A DNA stretch of 12,982 nucleotides from Polyangiaceae bacterium (lineage in GTDB: Bacteria > Myxococcota_A > Polyangia > Polyangiales > Polyangiaceae), in assembly GCA_035063585.1 (NCBI GenBank), contig JAPSGB010000070.1, forward strand, positions 1 to 12,982, in the 5' to 3' direction. Shown one piece after another: positions 7,328-12,982 of the stretch; the first letter of the stretch is position 1, and every line of letters starts with the position of its first letter. Made by a program: the position numbers and the translations under genes. The notes beneath the pieces are model-generated. The model did no database searches. It saw only the letters and a program-made list of their open reading frames with translations, and was not told where the DNA came from.

Positions 7328-7689
7328 CTCGAAAGGACGAACGTGGCCACCAGGATCCCGACGTAGATGAGCGGGCCGAGGATGCCGAGCACGATGCCGA
7401 CGGTCGCCTGGGTTCGCTCCGAGCCGGTCGCCTTGCGCGAGAGCGCCATCACCCCGAAGGCCACCGCGGCGATGCCGAGCATGAAGCCGAAGGGCGCGCA
7501 GCAGAAGGACAGCGCGACGCTGCCCGCGCCGAGCGAGAGCGCCAGCGTCGCGGAGTTGTCCTTCGGCCCAGGCCGGCCGCCGCCCGCGCCGTAGCCCGCG
7601 TTCACGCCGTCCGGGTTGACGCCGGCCGGCATACCTACGCCGTATCCGCCGAGCGGACCGGTCGGCGGCGGCTTGGTCTCGGGCGGCAT
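7324..7689 (-). CDS. DUF4190-like small membrane protein
   Basis: Pro/Gly-rich N-terminus, then NSATLALSLG...FCCAPFGFMLGIAAVAFGVMALSR and QATVGIVLGILG hydrophobic segments, the typical DUF4190 layout. Confidence 0.8.
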   Translation of the reverse strand: MPPETKPPPTGPLGGYGVGMPAGVNPDGVNAGYGAGGGRPGPKDNSATLALSLGAGSVALSFCCAPFGFMLGIAAVAFGVMALSRKATGSERTQATVGIVLGILGPLIYVGILVATFVLSR

Positions 7690-7750
7690 CGCCGCGCCAC
7701 GATAGCGCGCGCGATCACGCTAGCCCAGTGTTCCTCGGTCGCGAGACGTG

Positions 7751-7756
7751 TAGACT
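7751..7756 (+). promoter_or_regulatory. Putative -10 hexamer (TAGACT) 6 nt upstream of the ATG at 7763
   Basis: Matches TANNNT. The spacing fits transcription starting at or near the start codon, and no clear Shine-Dalgarno is present. Confidence 0.4.
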
Positions 7757-7762
7757 GAGCGG

Positions 7763-9094
7763 ATGGTGCGTATCGAGCGGTTCATGATGCTCGTGGGCCT
7801 GCTTGGGCTCGTCGCGCTCGACGGCTCGGCGACGGGCTGCAAGAGCAACTCCTCGGATGGCGCGCGCTCGGGCGGCGCCGCGGGCTCGTCCGGCGCGGGC
7901 GGGGCCGCGGGGGCCGCCGGTGGCGCGGGAGCCTGGTGCCCCGCAACTGGGGTGAGCAAGCGCCCGTGGGCGCTCCGCGTCGACGGCGCTTCGGCGCTGG
8001 TGCGCTGGGAGGCTTGCCGAGAGGGCACCTCACCGACCGTGAACGTCACCCCCGAGGGTGGCGGCGCGACGAAGCACTTCGACGCGACCAGCCTGCCCTT
8101 CACCATCAAGAACACCTACACCGCGCCGCTCAACCCGTCGGCGCCGCCCGATCGCGCGGGCACCTACTACATGCACGAGGCGAAGCTCGAGGGGCTCGCC
8201 GCGGGCACCTGCTACGCCTACTCGCTCGGCGCCGACGCGACCATGAGCGGGCGCGTGTGCACGGCGCGCCCGGCCGGCGCTTCGTTCTCCTTCGCCGCCA
8301 TCGCCGACACCAACCCTGGGCTCGGTGATTCCATGAAGAACGTCGCCGCGCACATCGCTCCCCTCGACTGGGACTTCATGCTGCACGGCGGCGACATCCA
8401 GTACTACAAGTCGGGGCTGGAGACCTGGCAGTCCTGGTTCCCGATCATGGCGCCGGTGCTGGCCCACGGCGCGTTCCAGCCCTCGGTCGGCAATCACGAG
8501 AGCGAGAAGCCGGACGAGTACGACGACTACTTCATCCGCTTCTTCGGCGGCGCCGGCTTCGACGGCACCGACGGCTACTACCGGCTCGAGAGCGGCGGCG
8601 TCTGGTTCTTCGCGCTCGACACCGAAGACTCCCTAGATGCGGGCTCCACGCAGGTGAAGTGGTTCGAGGAAAAGCTGGAGGATGCCTCGAAGCGCCCGGG
8701 TTATCGCTTCAGCGTGGTCATCATGCACCGGCCGCTGCTCACCTGCGGCGACACCGCGCAGCTCGACGACGCGCGCGCACTCCTCGAACCGCTCTTCGTC
8801 AAGTACCAGGTGCCCTTCGTGCTGCAAGGGCACATGCACGGCTACGAGCGCTTCGAGGTGCCGGTCTCCGGCGGCGGCGGCAAGAGCATCACCTACATGA
8901 CGGTGGCGGGCGGCGGCGGCGCGCTCGGTGATATCGACGAGAACGTGGCGCGCCCGACCTGCGGGATGCGCGTCTCCTCCGGCGCCTTCCGCTTCGCGAG
9001 CATCTTCGCGGTGAAGCCGAACGCCGTGGAGATGCAGACCATCGGCGCGGACGGCGCCGTCCGCGACAGCTTCTCGAAGGCGATGCCCTGGTGA
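7763..9094 (+). CDS. Purple-acid-phosphatase-like metallophosphoesterase, probable lipoprotein
   Basis: Hydrophobic signal with lipobox-like ATGC, a Gly/Ala linker, and an FN3-like region (HEAKLEGLAAGTCYAY). Metal motifs are IADT, GGDIQY, GNHE, MHRP and GHMHGYER. Confidence 0.9.
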   Translation: MVRIERFMMLVGLLGLVALDGSATGCKSNSSDGARSGGAAGSSGAGGAAGAAGGAGAWCPATGVSKRPWALRVDGASALVRWEACREGTSPTVNVTPEGGGATKHFDATSLPFTIKNTYTAPLNPSAPPDRAGTYYMHEAKLEGLAAGTCYAYSLGADATMSGRVCTARPAGASFSFAAIADTNPGLGDSMKNVAAHIAPLDWDFMLHGGDIQYYKSGLETWQSWFPIMAPVLAHGAFQPSVGNHESEKPDEYDDYFIRFFGGAGFDGTDGYYRLESGGVWFFALDTEDSLDAGSTQVKWFEEKLEDASKRPGYRFSVVIMHRPLLTCGDTAQLDDARALLEPLFVKYQVPFVLQGHMHGYERFEVPVSGGGGKSITYMTVAGGGGALGDIDENVARPTCGMRVSSGAFRFASIFAVKPNAVEMQTIGADGAVRDSFSKAMPW

Positions 9095-9100
9095 GTCGGC

Positions 9101-9137
9101 GCGGGCGGCGCTCGCCGAGCGCGGCGCCGCCGCCCGC
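9101..9137. terminator. GC-rich hairpin between convergent phosphatase and SDR genes
   Basis: GCGGGCGGCG (9101-9110) is the reverse complement of CGCCGCCCGC (9128-9137). There is no U-tract. Confidence 0.45.
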
Positions 9138-9148
9138 CCGCCCAGGCC

Positions 9149-9913
9149 TCAGCGCGGCGCCATGCGGAGCGCGCCGTCGAGCCGGATCGTCTCGCCGTTC
9201 AGCATGATGTTCTCGATGATGCCGAGCGCGAGCGCCGCGTACTCCGGCGGCTTGCCGAGCCGCGGCGGGAAGGGGACGCTCGCCTCGAGCGCAGCGCGGG
9301 CCTCGGCGGGGAGCCCGGCCATCATCGGCGTGTCGAAGAGCCCCGGCGCGATGGTGACCACGCGCACGCCGAAGCGCGAGAGCTCGCGCGCGATGGGCAG
9401 CGTCATCCCTGCGACGCCCGCCTTCGAGGCGCTATAGGCGCACTGCCCAATCTGACCGTCGAAGGCCGCGATGGAGGCGGTGGTGATGATGACGCCGCGC
9501 TCGCCGGCGGCGTCGGGCGCCTGCGTGGTCATCTCGGCCGCGACCAGCCGGATCATGTTGAACATGCCGACCAAGTTCACGCGGATGGTGAGCTCGAAGA
9601 GGCCGAGATCGAACGGCCCGCTCTTGCCGACCACGCGCCCGGCGGTGCCGATGCCGGCGCAGCCGACCGCGATGCCGAGCGGCCCGAGCTCTCGTGCCTT
9701 GGCGACCGCCGCCTTCATCGGCGCTTCGCTGGTCACGTCGGCTTCCACGAACGTTGCCGCCGGCCCGAGCTCTTGGGCGAGCGCCTCGCCGTGCTCTCTC
9801 GCCTTGTCGACGATGACGACCCGCGCCCCGCGCGCGATGAGCGCGCGCGCGGTCGCCGCGCCGAGCCCCGACGCGCCGCCGGTGACCAATGCTACCTTGC
9901 CGTTCGGATCCAA
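9149..9913 (-). CDS. SDR oxidoreductase, 3-hydroxyacyl-CoA dehydrogenase type 2 (HSD17B10-like)
   Basis: Motifs [54 protein letters not shown] and [14 protein letters not shown]. The TTG start is supported by GGAGG 6 nt upstream. Confidence 0.95.
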   Translation of the reverse strand: MDPNGKVALVTGGASGLGAATARALIARGARVVIVDKAREHGEALAQELGPAATFVEADVTSEAPMKAAVAKARELGPLGIAVGCAGIGTAGRVVGKSGPFDLGLFELTIRVNLVGMFNMIRLVAAEMTTQAPDAAGERGVIITTASIAAFDGQIGQCAYSASKAGVAGMTLPIARELSRFGVRVVTIAPGLFDTPMMAGLPAEARAALEASVPFPPRLGKPPEYAALALGIIENIMLNGETIRLDGALRMAPR

Positions 9914-9969
9914 GATTTTCCTCCTTCGCCGCCCGCGCCGAGCGCGCGAGCGCCGCGCTCATACCACGA

Positions 9970-10719
9970 TCACGGGAGCTTCGCCGGCACCGGCACGTCC
10001 CCGCCGCGGCGGACGAACGCGATCACGACGTCGCTCAGCTTCGCGTCGAGCTGCTCGCACTTCTTGCTCACCGTGCCGCTGGTGGCGCCCTTGCACTCCT
10101 TGCGCCGCGCGAGGTAGGTCTCGTTCACGGCGCCGTCGGTGCGGAGCGCCTCTTGCGTCTCGTCGGGGAGGTAGCGCCACTCGATGTGCGCGGCCTTCGG
10201 CGCCGGCGGCGTGCGCGCGGTGAGCTCCTCTTCGCTCAGCGTGACGCAGCTCCCGTCCCAGCGGACGACGTCATAGCTCGCGCCCGCGCCGCTCACCTGG
10301 ATGCCGCCGGTCGCCGCCGCGCGCTTGCGGAGCACGACGACCTCCTCGTCGAACACCACCTCGACCTCCTGTGACGCGCCGCCCGAGGCGTTCCACGCCT
10401 TCGTCGTGCGGTTCAGATAGAGCCTGGTCCACGGCGAGCCCTTCTTGAACAGGGCGAGCGCCACACCCGGGAACACGCCGCCGCAGACGCGCTCCGCGAC
10501 CTTCCCTCCGGGCACGCACACGTCCCCCGCCTTCGCGCACTCGGTCGGGAAGGCGAGGCCCTCCTCCTCGCTCTCGCTCGCGGGCTTGGCGGACTCGACC
10601 GCGGATGCCGCGGGCGCCGCAGCGCGCGGGCCGCTCGGCTCGGCGGCAGGTCGCGGCGCGGAGGAGCCGCACGCGGTGACGAGGAGGACGACGGTCGAGG
10701 CGAGCCCAGGGCGCAGCAT
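9970..10719 (-). CDS. Hypothetical Cys-rich lipoprotein
   Basis: MLRPGLASTVVLLVTAC has a lipobox, followed by a Pro/Ala linker and a globular region with six further Cys. Codon usage is host-like. Confidence 0.8.
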   Translation of the reverse strand: MLRPGLASTVVLLVTACGSSAPRPAAEPSGPRAAAPAASAVESAKPASESEEEGLAFPTECAKAGDVCVPGGKVAERVCGGVFPGVALALFKKGSPWTRLYLNRTTKAWNASGGASQEVEVVFDEEVVVLRKRAAATGGIQVSGAGASYDVVRWDGSCVTLSEEELTARTPPAPKAAHIEWRYLPDETQEALRTDGAVNETYLARRKECKGATSGTVSKKCEQLDAKLSDVVIAFVRRGGDVPVPAKLP

Positions 10720-10895
10720 GGCGCAAATCCAGACACGCTCGAGCCCTGGGTGTCAATGCCGGTCCGTCGCGGCCGGCGTCGCTGGCGCCCGTCGCGCTCC
10801 GTCGCGCCACGCGGAGACGTCGCGTTCGCGCCGGGTGACGCAGCGTGCGGAGGCTCACCCGCATGGAAACGAACCTCGCCGCCGACCCGAGCCCG

Positions 10896-11909
10896 TCAGC
10901 GCGTGATCATCCGCAGCTCGCCATGATCGAGCACGAACGGGTCGGTGAACGCGCGGCTCAGCACGTTGAAGCGCTCGAGCCGCTCTTTCATCAAGCCGCG
11001 CGAGCCGAGCGTCGGCACGGTGTGGCGCCAGGTGTCGATGAACGTCGACGCGCCTCGCTCCAGCGTACGCACCACGAACAGGCGCTCGCCTTCGATCATC
11101 CACGATTCCGAGCCGGGCGGCGCTTTCGATTGCCACATCGCCAGGCGCATCGGCATGCGTAGCGTCTCGTCCGGGGCGGCTCCGCCGATCCAATACGCGT
11201 TCGCGTTCTCTCTCGCGTTGGGGAGAGCGGCGTATGGCACGATCGGACCGTAGCCAAGCACCTCCTCCAACAGCTCGGAGAGCGGCGCGTCCGGCTTGGT
11301 CTTCGGCGCCGGGTCGAGCGGGAACGCCTGCTGCGTCTCCGCGCCGCCGCCGTACCAGACCGTGCCCGAACCGTAGAGATAGCTCGGCAGCGCCCAATCG
11401 AGCGAGAAGATTTGCCCCGCGAGCGGCCGATGCACGAGGCGGTTGATCCCTTCGCCGAGCAGCGAGTTGAGCGCCGAATTCCACTCGATCAGGAACCACT
11501 CACGGCCAACCAGTGGCGTGTCGCGACGACCCTGCACGCCGAGCTGCAGCTTGGATCCTTGGACGGTCGCTCGCAGCACCTCGCTTCCGATCTGCACCTG
11601 CACCTCCGGCTGATTCGCCAGGAGGAGCTCCGAGCAGAACGACGAGAATCCGAGGCGCACATCCCTGCCCGTTCCGCCGATGCATAGCTCGATCGGGAGC
11701 TTCTCCGGCCCTACCACGGTGATCGTGAACGTGACGCGGCGATCGTCACCGAGGCCGCGCGCGAGCGACGCCGCTTCGTAGAGGGTCGTCGCAGCGGCGT
11801 GCTCGAGCCCGGCGAGCTCGTCGACGATGTCGATCGCCACGCGTGAGGTCTGCGGCGGCGCTGGTGACTTGCGCGGGTTCGGGGGGATCCTGTCGAGCTC
11901 CTTCGTCAT
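10896..11909 (-). CDS. Hypothetical protein (337 aa), no recognised family
   Basis: Protein-like amino-acid composition, unlike the Arg/Ala-rich shadow ORFs. Its ATG overlaps the kinase stop (ATGA, 11906-11909). Confidence 0.8.
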   Translation of the reverse strand: MTKELDRIPPNPRKSPAPPQTSRVAIDIVDELAGLEHAAATTLYEAASLARGLGDDRRVTFTITVVGPEKLPIELCIGGTGRDVRLGFSSFCSELLLANQPEVQVQIGSEVLRATVQGSKLQLGVQGRRDTPLVGREWFLIEWNSALNSLLGEGINRLVHRPLAGQIFSLDWALPSYLYGSGTVWYGGGAETQQAFPLDPAPKTKPDAPLSELLEEVLGYGPIVPYAALPNARENANAYWIGGAAPDETLRMPMRLAMWQSKAPPGSESWMIEGERLFVVRTLERGASTFIDTWRHTVPTLGSRGLMKERLERFNVLSRAFTDPFVLDHGELRMITR

Positions 11910-12871
11910 TTCGGCGCTCCGAACGCGGTCACCAGCTCGATTGAGCTCGTAAAGCCGTCATCCCAATCGAAGCTGCCGTCCGCCTCCATCCGCAGATGCA
12001 ACGCTCTATAGACGGCGGCCTCCGCGGTGGCGGTGATCTTCGGCGCCGTTTCGCGCAGCGGCGGCGAGGAGAGCAGCCGGGCGATGAGGGGCGTTTTTCC
12101 GGTGGCGTTGGCCAGGTGGTAGATGCGCTCGAGGTGCTCGCTGCAACGCGGGAGCGGCAAGGACTCGTCCGCGTTCAAGAGCGGGTGCTCGCCGTAATAG
12201 GTCTCAAACATGGTGAGCGCCAACGCCGGCACGTCGCTCGCGTCGCCCCACGGGTTGTAGAACGGCGTCATCAACATCGCCTTCACTTGCCCGCTCTCCA
12301 CCTTCCAACCGTAGGCCGACGGATCGAGCGCGCGCACCCTGCCCTTCACGTCGAGCATGAGGTTGTCCGGCTTGAGGTCGCCGTGTAGCGCCATCACCTT
12401 CGTGTCGTGGAGCCGATCGAGCTCGGTGGCCAAAGCAGCAAAGTGCGCGGGCGTGGGCTTGGCGGCGCCGGCGCTCTCGCGGAACGTACGGCCAAGAATG
12501 CTCTCCATCAGGAAGAACGCGCGCTCTCGAGCTTCGCCGCGGTCGAGGAGCTTCGGGAACAACCCGTCGCCGAGCTTCGCCAACAGGTCCGCTTCCGCCC
12601 GCACGAACAGGTTCGGATCCACCTGCGCTGCGCCGAAGTTGCCGGTCAGCCGTTCGAGCGCCTCGGCTTGCGCGAACGCACCGGTTGCCGAGGCCGCCTC
12701 CGGTCCGAGCGGCTGGGTACGCGCGATCTTCACCACGACCTGGGTGGCGCGGGTGCGCGCGGCAAACACTTCGCTGTACCGTCCGCCGCCGAGCCGCTTC
12801 TCGATGGTCACGGGCCTTCCGTCGAGCGTCAGGTCCCTTGTCGGTGGCGTGCTCACCATCTTCTGAGCCAT
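11906..12871 (-). CDS. Atypical Hanks-type Ser/Thr protein kinase (stand-alone catalytic domain)
   Basis: Gly loop LGGGRYSEVF, VVVK lysine, alphaC-like RAEADLL, hinge FLME and catalytic HGDLKPDNLM. DFG is replaced by DPS; subdomain IX reads SDVPAL. Start is ATG 12871 or 12859, after GAGGGG and after the stop of the upstream gene. Confidence 0.85.
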   Translation of the reverse strand: MAQKMVSTPPTRDLTLDGRPVTIEKRLGGGRYSEVFAARTRATQVVVKIARTQPLGPEAASATGAFAQAEALERLTGNFGAAQVDPNLFVRAEADLLAKLGDGLFPKLLDRGEARERAFFLMESILGRTFRESAGAAKPTPAHFAALATELDRLHDTKVMALHGDLKPDNLMLDVKGRVRALDPSAYGWKVESGQVKAMLMTPFYNPWGDASDVPALALTMFETYYGEHPLLNADESLPLPRCSEHLERIYHLANATGKTPLIARLLSSPPLRETAPKITATAEAAVYRALHLRMEADGSFDWDDGFTSSIELVTAFGAPK

Positions 12872-12887
12872 CCCCTCATTTCGTAGG

Positions 12888-12982
12888 CTAGATGACACCG
12901 TAAACCTCGCGGAAGAACTCATGCTCGCGGATCACTTCGTCGAACGCCGGAAGGAGCAACTCGCGGTCTTCTTCGTGCATGT
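12888..12982 (-). CDS. C-terminal fragment of an upstream gene truncated by the window edge
   Basis: The minus strand reads ...MHEEDRELLLPAFDEVIREHEFFREVYGVI* with the stop at 12888-12890, 16 nt before the kinase ATG. Too short to assign a family. Confidence 0.55.
   Translation of the reverse strand, partial: MHEEDRELLLPAFDEVIREHEFFREVYGVI

Noticed and set aside
12872..12922. ORF-track start of the kinase at 12922
   Set aside because: It would overlap the apparent upstream gene ending at 12888. The ATGs at 12871 and 12859 follow a purine-rich GAGGGG.
12888..12982. MHEEDRELLLP as a hemerythrin-like motif
   Set aside because: The resemblance is loose and only about 30 residues are visible, so it cannot be supported.

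Overview
Very GC-rich bacterial DNA whose gene content suggests a myxobacterium (inference: FGE-domain protein ending RCARTP, myxobacterial-type outer-membrane beta-barrel, OmpA with TSP3-like repeats, Cys-rich lipoproteins). In order, the window holds: the 3' end of an FGE-sulfatase/CLec-fold gene missed by the ORF track (2-262); a structured intergenic region; a small membrane-anchored hypothetical; a minus-strand run of beta-barrel, gpmA and msrC-like genes; a plus-strand FG-GAP protein, Tat-type family-5 SBP-like protein and OmpA; a DUF4190-like protein; a purple-acid-phosphatase-like lipoprotein; an HSD17B10-like SDR; a Cys-rich lipoprotein; and a minus-strand accessory-looking operon (partial gene, atypical Ser/Thr kinase, unknown protein). 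The best lead is that the FGE-domain C-terminus looks like a diversity-generating retroelement (DGR) variable region followed by hairpins. No template repeat or reverse transcriptase is visible here, so this is untested. The second lead is the kinase with degenerate DFG/APE motifs that is coupled to an unknown gene.
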